NCBI GenBank assembly: GCA_964252035.1
Contig: OZ176203.1
Source of the DNA: Podarcis erhardii
Taxonomy: Eukaryota
Reading direction: 5' to 3' (one strand)
Length of the DNA: 64,000 nucleotides
The notes beneath the pieces are model-generated. The model was given only the letters and a program-made list of their open reading frames with translations. It did no database searches and was not told where the DNA came from. A program made the position numbers and the translations under genes. Positions 49,641-62,604 of this stretch are shown one piece after another (the stretch's first letter is position 1; every line of letters begins with the position of its first letter).

Positions 49641-51689
49641 GAATACCCTATTCAGGAGTGGAATCCTAAAACTGGAGAAAGATTCGCTTCTATCACTTGG
49701 AGAGAAAGACCTGTAGCAAAGCCCCTTCTTCAACAACTAATAGTAGTCAATTTGCTTTGCACTGACTTCTTTGTTTACCTGAGTGCACCACTTAAAAATA
49801 ATCTCTGGCTTTATAGTTAATATAAAAATTGCCTAGTTTCTCAGTATATCTGCTTTCCACCTTACCAAAGTATCTGTTGACTCTAATGATGGAAAAAGGT
49901 CTGGGTAACAACTGTCCACAACTTCAACATCAAACAAGTCTTTCCCCTCTTCTCCATTTCCGTTTGTTTAATAGCCATCATGAAGGCTTGCTTACCATTT
50001 TGCAACATTCAGGTTGATCCGAATGCTATTGCTGCGGATGGATTTAACACCAAAAGGACTTCCAAACAAAAGATCAAGTTTACTTTTTCCTTGAAAATGC
50101 TAGAATGGCAGTCTTTAGTTTTACAAGACTGTGCAGTGCATCTCTGCAACAGTACAAACATTTGACAGTCCCAAGTTTGCTTGTGGGTAGGTGAAGAAGT
50201 ATCTGGCAAGGCAAAAAAAGAAGAGGAACAAAGTTCTGAGGTAGGAGGAAAGAAGTGCCTACCTTTCTACCGTTCCTGTAATCGCTACTGCAGCAGTCAC
50301 AAAGGAATTGATCAAGAAGGTGAAGTTCTTAGGTATGTGCTACGGCTGTGCAGATAGTCTTTCGTGCCAGAATGTTACCAGCTTGCTCTAGAAGTTCCAA
50401 ATATTAATCTGCACATGGGAAGAACAGAAAGGCAAGACTGCACAGAGACTACAAAGAACTGCTATATCCTGCTTTCCACATGATATATTGTTTAACAGCA
50501 CTTCTATTGGCAGCTATGCAATGTATAAATATTCCCACCAACTAGCTTCAAAAATCAGAACTATGCTGAAACAAAACTATTAACCTGCACTTTATAACCC
50601 TGTAATCAGTTTAAAAAAAAAAATTCCTGCAGAAGGAAAGCATGATCCATAGCATAAACACACCATGCTTTAAAAAAGATAACCGAGGCATAACGACTTG
50701 CTAGGACATGTATTTCAAGGTGTTATGGAGGCTTATAGATGACTAATGCCAGTTTATTCTTAGTTCTGAGTACCTAACCTGGTGGAAATTGTGTAATTCT
50801 GGAAAGGTCATCAGTTCTGTCTGGATGCAATTCACCTCGTTCTTTTCAAATACTAGCACACCAGAGTTCCTTAAGAAGCCTTACTGTCAATAAATAATCT
50901 GTACAGATATTTTCTTAATATGTAATGAGGAGTTTTAAAACTTTGGTCCGGAAGAAAAGCGCATATTGCAAAAAAATATGGGCACCCACCATAATGAAAT
51001 ATTTTTGAAAGCACTTCATCTAAAGAATAGTCTGAAAGACGACATCAGCTACACAGTGGAAAAGGTGTTTTACTAACCTGGACATTTTAATAGTATTGCA
51101 CATTTTCAGAGGGCTACTTCTGGATTCCAGGATGCCTGGCTGGCTCCTCCAGACTCTGTCCAGACACATTTTGCTATGTTATAAAGTCACAAGGACTGTT
51201 ATAAAATGGTTTTCATAGAGAAATGGTGAGTAGTTGCCAAATTTGATGTGGAAAACAATGTGATTACCAGCTGTACTACCTATGCACACCTTTACTTGTG
51301 TGTCCTATAGAAAGTCCTGCAGGCATTTCTGACTGCGACAGCTGTGAGTCAGAAAGGCCTTATTCAGCTGTTCTGAAGCAAACAAAAATAAAGTCAGGTA
51401 TATGACAGTTTACAATTGATGCTGACCCCCCCCCTTCATTCAAGACAGTATGTTGTCTTGTATGTACAGGGCAGGTCATTCAAAAGCAGAAGTAAAAGTG
51501 ATATTCCCACCTAATCCACTTGTGCTTCAACATGTCCACACTTCATTACTTTTCATTTACAGAAAGGAAATTAAATGAAAGAATTTTTCCAGTGCAAAAA
51601 ACTGTAATATGGTTTGAAATAAAACAAACCATAGGTTGTTTTTACTTTAACAAAGGTTTACATTCTTTATTATCCAGGTAAGAAAATCT

Positions 51690-52270
51690 TACGTCTTATT
51701 CAAATTTCTACCCCAATTTTCTACACAATAAATTCAAAGCAGCTTACAAAAAAACATACCATATATATAAACTACAAAATAATTCAATAATGTATATTAA
51801 GAAGTAACAGTATAAATATATAGCAAGATAAAATAGTGATAATAGGCCAAGCAATTAGTCTAGTACCAAATACCAGTAGAAGCAAACAGCTCTGCAAAAT
51901 GCAAGCAATGATGGAACTTGGCAGACCTCCCATAGGAGGCATTCCAGGTCTAAGTACCAGCACAGAAAAGGCCTTGTCTCTGATGCCCACCCATCATCTA
52001 ATTATAATGGGGCACAGAGCAGGGTGTCTGTTGTTGATCTTAAGCTACAAGTAGGCTCATGTGGGAGAGGACAAGCTTCTTTAGTACTTTAAAGGTTGAA
52101 ACCAAAGCGCTTTGAATTTGGCTTGGAAACAAATTGGTAACCAGTATGAGTGGGGTAGTTCTAAGCTATAAAGCCCAACTAAAACTCTAGCAGATGGAGC
52201 TTGGCCCAACTATTTTCAAAGGTAGCTCTATGTAGATTGCATTATTGTTATCTAATCTAGATATAATTTT
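51690..52270 (-). mobile_element. Decayed L2 3' region
   Basis: AAATTCAAAGCAGCTTACAA, GGCATTCCAGG..CAGAAAAGGCC and TTTAAAGGTTGAAACCAAAGCGCTTTGAATTTGGCTTGGAAACAAATTGG resemble reverse-complemented squamate L2 3' ends. Confidence 0.5.
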
Positions 52271-53543
52271 TTGATTAACAGGTATTTTTGCTGATTTTTC
52301 CAAAAAGAAACAAATATAGTCAAACAATGCAAAATCAAGTTTAATAAATCAAGAAAATGTATTCTGTGCATACATGAAACAGGGAGGAGCGGAAGAAGGG
52401 GAAGATCTAGACCAACCACATGCTCAGTCATTCAGGCAAACAGAAGTCAATACAGCAGAGAACTGTCCATCTTTCACATTGTTATGGAAGGTCACCTTGT
52501 ATAATTAAGGCATGAATGACAAAGACCAGAACAAGCTTCACTAGGAAAAGGAGCAGCAGGCACACCACCTAAAGCTAGTAAAAAACACTCTTTGCCATTG
52601 CCATCTGGACATGCATGGCAACAAGTGAGGAGGTCTCCAAGAGCATCTCAAAGACCACCTTTTGCATCAACAAGAACCCTGTCCTGTCCTGAGAGCCCAG
52701 CACCTGATGGCATCAGTTGATTGCTGGACAGGCTGCTATGAAAAGGAAAGTGGATGATGGACCCCTTCTCCCCAGCCATTGAATATATATTGCTGCTGCA
52801 CCAATAATTATCAGGACACCATAGGAAGAGATTAGGTCTGTCCCTTTCATCCAGCCCAACCTTGATCATTAATGCCAGGTAGATACCAAATTCTATATGG
52901 TAGCTGTTTTGTTCTGTTCACTGGTATAGTATCCAATAGCAAAACAATTAGATCTGATGGACTGCCAGATGACACGATAGCATGAAGTTATCCCTTCCCT
53001 CACCTGTCTGAACTTGCACTGCCCCAAATAACATCAATAGTGATGTTGTACCCTACATTTCCTCAAACACATACTAAAAACCAGGGCAGAAATTAATAAG
53101 TGAAAGGGGCAGAATTAAATGAAGAACAAGCTTTAGAGAATCTTTCAACAACTAAATTTCACTGAACCCATCTCCAAATTCAACACCTCTTTTTTAAATT
53201 TACCGTACTGAATAATTGTGAGCAATCTTGGCTGTCATGTATAATCAAACTACCCTACATTATTAAAATGGTGCATACTGTGAAAAGTCATAAGATTTTC
53301 ACAGTAGGAACATGTTTGCAAGATGTCAGGTAGAAACTGGGGAGTGGATTGCTGTGCGACTTGGGATGAAGGTTCAGACTGAACAATGAAGTGGCACAGC
53401 TCTGCTCTATTAATTTGGCAGCTAACAGGTAAATAGTATGAATCATACATTTAAAAGCTCCTGAGGTAGGACAATAGGACAGAAGGATTCCACAGGCAAA
53501 TAAAAATAAAAATTGAATACCAAATACATTGCTGGAGTTTCTA

Positions 53544-53554
53544 TTTATTTTATT
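53544..53554 (-). terminator. Candidate HLCS poly(A) signals (two AATAAA on the - strand)
   Basis: TTTATT twice on + with a U-rich tract downstream on the - strand (about 53490-53530); would give a 3' UTR of about 1.75 kb. Confidence 0.35.
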
Positions 53555-55281
53555 ATACTAACTCAATCTTAAGGATCACTGGAGTTATTAAATCAATAAT
53601 AATAGGAGCTTTGAATTCCTAGTCCCAGAGAGTTTTGCAAGTCATTGCTTCTCACCATTAGTTGTTTGAACAAATAATCAATATACAGCCACTCAAATAA
53701 GCTAAATTGTTTTACTTTTTCATTTGTTAGATAACAATGCCATCAAGCAAGAAACAGTCATAGATGTCAGTGTGGGAAACATTATGCAACAGAAGTCAAA
53801 ATCCTCATTTTAAATGAAATGAAAACTTAATCTCCAGTAATTTATAGTCAAACTACTCAAGACTCCAATATGCAGGGATTATGCTAATCCACCATTACAG
53901 GCCAACTTCTTTGCTTTCTTTAAGGCTTCTTGGATTTATATTTGAGCCAATCTACTTATTTCCTGATTCTTTATAAAGTGAACTTTAACCTACAAACCTG
54001 CTTCTGGCTACATGTCAGGCATGCATTTCAGGGCACTTTCTTAACTTAACATGAGGGAGTCCTTTAGAACCCATGGCAGTTCTCATTAGGAGGTCATGTT
54101 ACCAACAGTTCCCCAATATGCAGAAATTGGTTTCAAACTATAGCCTGGGAGGGCTGGGTTGAGAGTGAGTTCCATAAGCCTAGGCAGCCTAGTCATACAC
54201 CTAGGAGCCTCTGAGAACAGTGCAAAAAGCTGAACGTATCATCTATTCATCAGTATTTGGCATCTGATCATAAAAATGATCGGAGTGATCAGAGGACCAT
54301 ACTGAGTAGGCAAGATGACACATAATTATGTATCATAACTATGATATATTTAATGCATAAGGCACAATAGATAATACAGGAAAATAGGTTCTGCTATAGC
54401 CATTAAAGTAGAAACACTTGTCGGATTCATAATCCAAGGAAAATGCAAAATAGCACTGCGAACTTGAAACATACTTCCAAGCAATTCAGATTCTGTATAG
54501 TCTTATAGGAATCAGGGCAACTGCCAGAAATCTATTGTTAGAAAAAAATAACAATTAGTGGTCAGTTGTGGAAACATCAAGCTTCTGAAAGACTTGGACT
54601 CCAATATAACACAGCATATGGAGAGACCTTACTAAAAGGCTAAAATTCCTTTTGATCATTGTTTTGTGGGTATGAGACAGCAGAAGGGGTAAAATTCTTT
54701 AAATAATTTTATGGCATACTCTAAAACAGATGTTCAAAATGAATAATATAACTTCATTTTGCATACAGCTGTTCATCCACAACTTAAAAACAAAACACCA
54801 TACTAAACTGGGGCATTGGTAAACCAAACTTATTATACCCTATCATTTTAATATAGGAAATATTCTACTGCAAAATGCATTCCTTCCTATAGATACAAAG
54901 TAATATGAGCATTGGATGTAAAGGTATACTGTAAGTGCAGGCGTGAAGAATCTGTAGTAACAGGATAACACAGATTTATGGAGCTAATTCTACTTGAGTG
55001 TTCCATGCCAAAAATTAGAAGCTAGAGCTTTTCATGCTGACCATAAGGTTTCCTTTACATCTGCATGGAGACTGAAAGGAAAACAAACAAACAAACATGA
55101 AAAGCCACTAAATCCCAGGTCACTGGGCCAAGAGCCCAGGAAAATTAAATGACCCAAAACTCAATGTTTTCCTTGGTATACAGTGTTTCAATTCTTCAGA
55201 TTAGATACTTCTAGTTTGCCAGTCTCCAGCCAAACTCTAGAAAATGGTCTGAGAGAGAAGCTGTTTCACCATATGCAAAAA

Positions 55282-55453
55282 CTACTGCTGTTTTGGAATT
55301 ATCAGGTTTCTCAGCATATCAAAAGTATTGCCATCTGGGTGCACGGTTACTACATTTTTGCCTTCCTCGTGAACTTGAAGGTATCCGGAATCATCTATTC
55401 CAACGATCCACGCTAAAGGCCCTTCATCACTTCCAAGCCGTACTTGTTTACCA
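55282..55453 (-). CDS. HLCS: HLCS last coding exon (172 nt including TAG), C-terminal SH3-like domain
   Basis: tttgcag|T GGT AAA...; (S)[56 protein letters not shown]. Confidence 0.97.
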
Positions 55454-56265
55454 CTGCAAATAAAAAACAAGGAATTACCCACTTTAAAAAGCCATCAAGT
55501 TTCATAAACTTTTATACTGATTGGAAGATGCTTCGGGAAAATTTTGGGTTTTGAAAAATGATGTAGAAATCCTTGAATAAAATTAAGAAATAAATGATTT
55601 TCCCATCTAAACAGAGGGTTTTAACCAACTTTGAATAGACAAAAGGAAATAAATGGATTAATGAAATTCATATAAATGGCACTGTACGAGAGATAATTCT
55701 TCAGAAAGGCACATGGATCCTACATAGCTTATACACAATAGGGTTTACTGACATGGTCTACCATCATAATGAACAATGTCAGTGGGAATTTCCTGCACCC
55801 ACCTGTTCATAGGTAGACTTGCTTAACTATAGTAAAATTAATCTGTTTCTTCTCAGATATTCTGCAAAGCTCAGACTTCATGATCCATGTCTAGCACGTT
55901 AACTCAAAATGCTAGGTAAATGTAGCTTTAAGGAACAACTCCAATGTAAACATTCTGATATATTTTAATGCATGGATGCTGAATGACAAATCTGCCTATG
56001 CATAAACAAATACTTCTAACACATGCTGAAAAAGTAAAACATGTTAAATGCATACATATATATCTGATCAGTCACTATTGGTTTGAAATAAATGCCTCTT
56101 GATGGGGTTAGTTCAATTTATCACTAAAACAATTAAGATTAAGAATATTAAGAAGGAAATTTTATTTTATGTTGTTTATTCTTTATGTTGTTCTTTATTA
56201 CTTGTAAAAGAAAAATAAGTATTCTTTTAAAAAAAGATATAGAATATATATTTTAAATTATTTAC

Positions 56266-56479
56266 CTGTGCACCCAGTACTTATAGTACATGGGAAGAAC
56301 TCCATTAGGTCCTTTCTCTTGAAAGGTGTTGATCAGACTTTCCAGCACTGTCACACTTCTTGCAATCAGGTAATCTGCACTTAAGGGCTTTAATTCTGTA
56401 TTCTTTGTCTTATTGTGCTCCATAATGAGATCATTGATGCATATAGTGGGGTTGCTGTTATTCACGTTAAATCCACAGC
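56266..56479 (-). CDS. HLCS: HLCS penultimate exon (214 nt)
   Basis: ccccag|GC TGT GGA...CAC AG|gtaaat; (G)[23 protein letters not shown]...[10 protein letters not shown]. Confidence 0.97.
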
Positions 56480-57751
56480 CTGGGGAAGAAAAATAAATTA
56501 GAAAGGCAGTGTAGGAAAAGTTTTGTTTCTCTGAAAAAGTCTCTTTGTATCATAAGACAAATCCATTCCTCTAGACAGCTGTAAAAATCCATCTACAGAT
56601 TTCCTGAAGAGATTTGCTTTAAATAATGATGAAAGATGACAGAAGCTCATATAAACTCAAATCCATCTCATGTGCTAAATACAAGACAGCCTGGCTCAGC
56701 CTCATGACAGTGCTTGATGGTTTTTTCCTCCAATGAAAGCTAGTTCAGTCCAGGACAATCCACATCCAGACATGCAACTTTGGAACAATCTTCATTTAAA
56801 ACAAAGAACAGTTCTCTGCAGTAAAACTGCCAAATAATATATTTTGTCAGTTTTTATGTGACAGAACAATACTGTCTGTCCCATCCCACCACAGTGAGTT
56901 TTTGTGGGTATGGAAACTGTCCCACCTACAAGGGCTGCCCTGCTAAATTTTGGTGGAGGAAGTCAAGCTGCATACACTGTTTGGTGTGCATGTGTAGATG
57001 TGCTCTTTAGGTTGAAATTAATGGGCCATCTCATGCATACACACATGGCTCAGCATACAGGCAAGAGAGCATTAATCGGAAAAAGAAAGATGCGGCTATG
57101 AAATGCTATATTCTACCATTTTAAAAAATTGCATTTCCCCCAGCTCCAGGGCAGCAACTGGCTTCTTTGAGAAAAGCCTAGAGGATTCCACATTTAAGTC
57201 AACTTTCAGCTTTCAAGGGCTCTCTTGCCAGACTCTCTTTGAAGCCTCATTTCTCACCCAGCTCTCTAGCAGGGGATAATATTATTGGCAGAAAGCCAGG
57301 GTGTTTAAATGCAGCTCTCAGGGCTTTCTTGATCAGGCCTCCTAAACATAGCTCTGCGAAATGTACACACCAATCTTGTACTACCTGTTTATTTTCCTCC
57401 CTTTCTGAGCAATGTAGGTTTTCCATTCCCTGTGCATGTGATGCCAGAGCCAGACTTGTCAAGTGTACTCACATTTAAATGCCCTATTTTTGAAACCATT
57501 ACTTTAATAATTTATAAGTAATATACCTATTAAATATGGAAATAATTATTTGGTAATATTCATAAATTGATCTGAAGAGGATTAGTTACCTTGACATTTA
57601 AGAAGGGTGGAGTCAGGAATCAAATCCATATTATAAAATTTTAGAACATTCTCTGTTAACAAAACCCACAGATTGAAATAGGATTTTAGGAGTGCTCCTA
57701 TAAGCACTGAAGTGAAACGATAATATTCTCAATAGTGTATTTTCCACATTA

Positions 57752-58109
57752 AAGGTAAAGGGGTAAAGGGACTCCTGACCATTAGGTCCAGTCGTGACCG
57801 ACTCTGGGGTTGCGGCGCTCATCTCGCTTTATTGGCCGAGGGAGCTGGTGTACAGCTTCCGGGTCATGTGGCCAGCATGACTAAGCCACTTCTGGTGAAC
57901 CAGAGCAGCACATGGAAACGCCGTTTACCTTCCTGCCAGAGCGGTACCTATTTATCTACTTGCACTTTGACGTGCTTTCGAACTGCTAGGTTGGCAGGAG
58001 CAGGGACCGAGCAACGGGAGCTCACCCCGTCGCGGGGATTCGAACCGCTGATCTTCTGATTGGCAAGTCCTAGGCTCTGTGGTTTAACCCACAGCGCCAC
58101 CCGCGTCCC
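57752..58109 (-). mobile_element. Full-length young Sauria SINE (sense to HLCS)
   Basis: Minus strand GGGACGCGGGTGGCGCTGTGG (A box), GGTTCGAATCC (B box), (ACCTTT)-type tail; CpGs retained; TSD TATTTTCCACATTA at 57738-57751 and 58110-58123. Confidence 0.96.
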
Positions 58110-58128
58110 TATTTTCCACATTAGTTTT

Positions 58129-59287
58129 TTTTTTTTTAATAGTAATTTTTATTAACAATTTTTTGTTTAAATCACAATGCCAATAAAACAATACAATATA
58201 ACATCTCTTAACATAGATCTTTTCACTTCTTTGGACTCCCTCGCATCTCCCGCTCCTGCGTTCCTGTTTATAAAATTTTATTCAACAAATTTATCCCCTT
58301 ATTTCTAATCTTAATATCTAATTTTCCAATGTTACATCTTCCAAATTTTTATCTTTTCTTAAATTTAGCTTATCTTCATAATTCACTTCGTCTAACTCAA
58401 TGGTGCCAAGTTGTTTATACTCTAGCATCCTTCTTAACATTCATACAATTTGCAATATTTTTGTAAATAAATCTTGAATTTCTTCCAATCTTCTTCCACC
58501 GTCTCCTCTCCCAGGTCTCGGATTCTGCCAGTCATCTCAGCCAGTTCCATGTAGTCTATCAGTTGCATCTGCCATTCTTCCAGTGTGGGTAGGTCTTGGG
58601 TTTTCCAATGCCTGGCGACAAGTATCCTTGCTGCTGTTGTTGCATACATAAAAAATGTTCGGTCCTTCTTTAGCACATTCTGGCCGACAATACCCAAAAG
58701 GAAGGCCTCTGGTTTCTTAGTGAAGATATACTTAAGTACCTTTTTCAACTCATTATATATCATTTCCCAGAAAGCCTTCACTCTAGGGCAAGTCCACCAG
58801 AGGTGAAAGAATGTTCCTTCATTTTCTTTACATTTCCAACATTTGTTATCAGACAAGTGGTATATTTTTGCAAGTTTGACTGGGGTCATATACCATCTAT
58901 ATATCATTTTCATAACATTTTCTTTCAAAGCATTACATGCAGTAAACTTCAGCCCAGTAGTCCACAACCTCTCCCAGTCCTCAAACATAATGTTGTATCC
59001 AATGTCCTGTGCCCACTTTATCATAGCCGATTTAACCGTTTCATCTTGTGTATTCCACTTCAACAGCAAGTTATACATTTTTGAAAGTACCTTAGTCTTA
59101 GGCTCTAACAGTTCCGTTTCTAGCTTCGATTTTTCCACCTGGAATCCTAGCTTTTTATCAAGTTTAAAAACTTCTGTAATCTGAGCATAATGTAACCAAT
59201 CTCGCACTTTGTCTTTCATTTTCTCCTGACTCTGCAATTTCCAATTATCTCCATCTTTTTCTAATATTTCCCAATACTTCGGCCATC
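58129..59287 (-). mobile_element. 5'-truncated young L1-clade LINE (ORF2 C-terminus, 3' UTR, poly(A))
   Basis: Stop-free ORF from 59287 to 58434 with CCHC knuckle CWKCKENEGTFFHLWWTC; AATAAA then poly(A); TSD TATTTTCCACATTAGTTTT at 58110-58128 and 59288-59306. Confidence 0.95.
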
Positions 59288-59805
59288 TATTTTCCACATT
59301 AGTTTTATTCAAAATGTTTTCTGGTGTGTGTGGAGAACATTGTGAATGCTGTTAATGGATATGTTAAGCAACTATCCACTGCAGGGTGAACACTGTGAAA
59401 GTCATGGATTTCAACCTGGATCATCTCGAACATTATCCCTGTTCCAAATTAGATTGCACTGAGATTCTTCATACTGTTTATAAATGAGTATTGCTGCCAC
59501 CATCTCCTGAAGCTTGCTAACTTTGAAGCAAGAGATACTGAGAGTAGGTCTGCTGATTGCTCTAAGTCTAGACCTGATTCTGTTATTCCTATTTACCTAT
59601 CCTTAAAGCACACAACATGGACACTATTTATTTAATAATCAAGGATTCTTGATTATGCCTCTCCTCCCATGACTGAACAAATCAATAATTTCTCCTGCAA
59701 GCTGAAAGCAGGAAGTCAGATAACAATCCATTAAGGGCCAGGTGAATCACGGCCACATTTATTTTGCTATGTATTTGCATTATAAATAGCAGCAAAAATG
59801 CCTAA

Positions 59806-59857
59806 AAACAAACAAACAAACAAACAAACAAACAAACAAACAAACAAACAAACAAAC
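59806..59857 (+). repeat. (AAAC)13 microsatellite
   Basis: Directly visible; about 25 nt into the intron after the HLCS exon at 59884. Confidence 0.95.
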
Positions 59858-59883
59858 ATATTTTAAACCATTTATGTTCTTAC

Positions 59884-59998
59884 CAATAAGAATGTGGAAT
59901 GTATCTCCTGTTAGTGTGGAATTCACTAAAACGCCACCCAGCTTCATAAGGTCACTATAGTAAATATCGTTTGGCCATTTCACTCGAAGCTCAATATC
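59884..59998 (-). CDS. HLCS: HLCS exon (115 nt), biotin-ligase catalytic KWPND motif
   Basis: ccctag|GAT ATT GAG...CTT ATT G|gtaaga; [38 protein letters not shown]. Confidence 0.98.
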
Positions 59999-60771
59999 CT
60001 AGGGAAACCAACATGTATATTTATAGCTCTATATTACTGCATCCTAAAGCAGCATGGTGCTAATCCTTTGTCTAGCGCTTCCTGTTCTCCAAAAATTTAA
60101 TACTGACACTGAATACACAAATGAAAACTTAGCAGCATATCTCTCTCTCTCTTTCTAAAAGATACCCACAAAGAGGCAAAAGCCCACAATGAATTTGGAC
60201 ACAGATCAAAACACTAGTCACTTACCTTCAAGGTTTGTTCTTGGCCCCTGGTGAGTTCTAATAATTCCTGTTTGTTGGGAAGCATGTGACCCTGGAGCTT
60301 TTTCTCCCTAACATCTCATTTTCAGACTAGCAGAACCTCTTAAAAAATAAACAGACACATGGAAAAGACAAAAAGAGAGAAGAGCCCTGATCCTGAATGT
60401 GATCTGGATTAACTGAGTGGTGCTGTGGGCAGCCACCTGACTTGGATGCCTTTGCAAGAAGGTATGTTGTGGAAGAAATCAATGTCCCATTCTCCTGCTG
60501 GATGCAGGAGGTATCCTGCAGGCGGGATACATAAAAACTGTTGCTTTCTTGCAGTGGGTAGATGACTGCTTCAGCACTTGAGGGACAATGTGCATAAAAC
60601 CCTACCCCCAAAGCTCCATACCATCTAAACTGTGCTGTCATGTCAACATGTTTGTTGAGTGGCATGTGGCTGTTTGGCATATTTCAGATATGGGTGCATT
60701 GGTTTACAGAGCAACAGAAGTGGCAGCTGCCCGAGTGGAATGAGCTGTTGTATGAAACAGAGTTGCTAAAG

Positions 60772-60907
60772 AAGGCTTCCTCAACCTTGGCCCTCCAGAT
60801 GTTTTTTGGCCTACAACTCCCATGATCCCTAGCTAGCAGGACCGGTAGTCAGGGATGATGGGAATTGTAGTCTCAAAACATCTGGAGAACTGAGGATGAG
60901 TAGCCTG
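60772..60907. mobile_element. Palindromic hAT MITE (same family as 35782)
   Basis: Fold-back CCAGATGTTTT..CTACAACTCCCATGATCCCT / AGGGATGATGGGAATTGTAG..AAAACATCTGG; near-perfect 8-bp TSD TGCTAAAG / TGCTAAAA. Confidence 0.82.
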
Positions 60908-62604
60908 TGCTAAAAGATGGGCCTCATAACCAACAGCTTTTATCCATCTCACCAGAGATGAAGTAGACTTTTCTACCAATGTGGAAGTACAGGCTGCCCA
61001 TTTATCTGAATGTTACTGTGTTCTGGATGTAGGTTTTGAGTCCCCGTCTTGACATCTAGCATATACAGGTATATTTAATGGGGTAAAAAGTTTTGGAACA
61101 TGTAGGGCTAGCTTCTGATGGAAGGTATGTTGAGTTCAGTCACCCTACTTGTAGGTGTGATAGCAATGAAGAAATCTGCCTTAAGGAACAGGAAGCAGAG
61201 AGACTGAGGAAGCAGAGGGGCTGTGGGAGAACACAGAAGACCATGTCCATTCTAGGAGAGAAACCTGTGGATGACCAGAGGGCTTCAAAGAGATGCTCCC
61301 TGAAGGAACCTCTTAAATACTGGATGGGAGCACAGGAGTCTGTCCTGGATAGAACTGATGACAAAGCAAAGACTTGACATTTCAGTGTATTTGGCTTGAG
61401 ATCAAGTATAACGTCTGATTGGAGATCCTTTCTTCAGGAGAAAGTTCAATAATCTGAAAGAACCTGTATTGTGCTATATTAAGACACTGGGTGGTATCAG
61501 TATTGTGCAAAGTCAGTGGGACCAATGTCCTTTGCTCTCCCCTGCACACCTGGAAAAATAGTTGTTGAACTATTTGAACAAAGATCCAAGTGCACTAATC
61601 TAGAGACTTATTTATGAAAAGTTACTGAACATATCAGAGAAAACAACAAAAAAGTACAACAGACTTCTAAAGGGATGATTTGCTATTCAGTTGTACTGTG
61701 TCTGACAACTAATATATTTACGAGATTGAATTATCCCTGTAAAGTATTCCTTTTCTTTTTGGGGACTCCTACATTAAACAGACTCCAAACCACTATATTT
61801 TATTTTATTTTATATTCCATTGTGAATCATTTTTACAGTCAACTTATGAAGTCCTGAAGTTGGGAAGTGTTAATAGAAGACAACCGTTAAACTATATGAA
61901 AGGCTACTGGGTACCACTCTAATGAAATTCATGTGTAAATGTGCTCAAGTCACTGATTTTGTGTAATATAGGAAACACATGTTTTCATTGACTAGTCCTG
62001 TAAAATACCAATGTTTTACAGTTAGCCAATATTATGAATTGGTTACATTCAAAGGAGGTGCTAAAGAAGATTGGTTTGTAATTTGAGCATTGATGACAGG
62101 ACACTTGATTCCCCCCTGAGAGGATATGGTTAGCCTCTTGCTTCCGAGCTTGGGGCAAACATTTTCAATGTTAAACAAGAAGTGGAAAAAGAAAGAAGGA
62201 ATGAAGTGGCTAGTGAAACAGCTCCAACTAAAACCTAAGAGGCAATTGCAAATCTTATTATTTTTTCTTTTCTCAGTTCCTCTCATCAGTTTTATAACAA
62301 AAATAAAACAAAGTCCAGGAGTAAGACCAAGAGGCAAATCAATCTTCATTACAGAAACTCAGGTATAATACAGTAAACCAGAATGGGTTGCTAGTCTTAA
62401 CTTACTTTTTGGGGGGTTCATTATGGAAACAGCAATCATACACATGAAGAGAGAAAAAAATTACCTGGGGGCAAAATCAAATTTGCCTGGGGGCAAATTC
62501 TGATAGTTGAATGATGCTAAGTGGGTATGTCAATTATATACTCAAGTCATTTTAGGTCAAAAAAGCGTAAAAATAATGGAATAGGAAACACGCAAATACA
62601 ATAC

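Noticed and set aside
50240-50340. Open frame ending in a good donor (AG|GTATGT) in the intergenic gap
   Set aside because: No recognisable protein, clear acceptor or partner exons.
58030-58109. tRNA-like A/B boxes (also at 24399, 29628 and 49340)
   Set aside because: These are SINE heads continuing into SINE bodies, not tRNA genes.
60327-60680. 117-aa minus-strand ORF in an HLCS intron as an extra exon
   Set aside because: The flanking HLCS exons already join in frame with the expected sizes, and the peptide has no biotin-ligase similarity.
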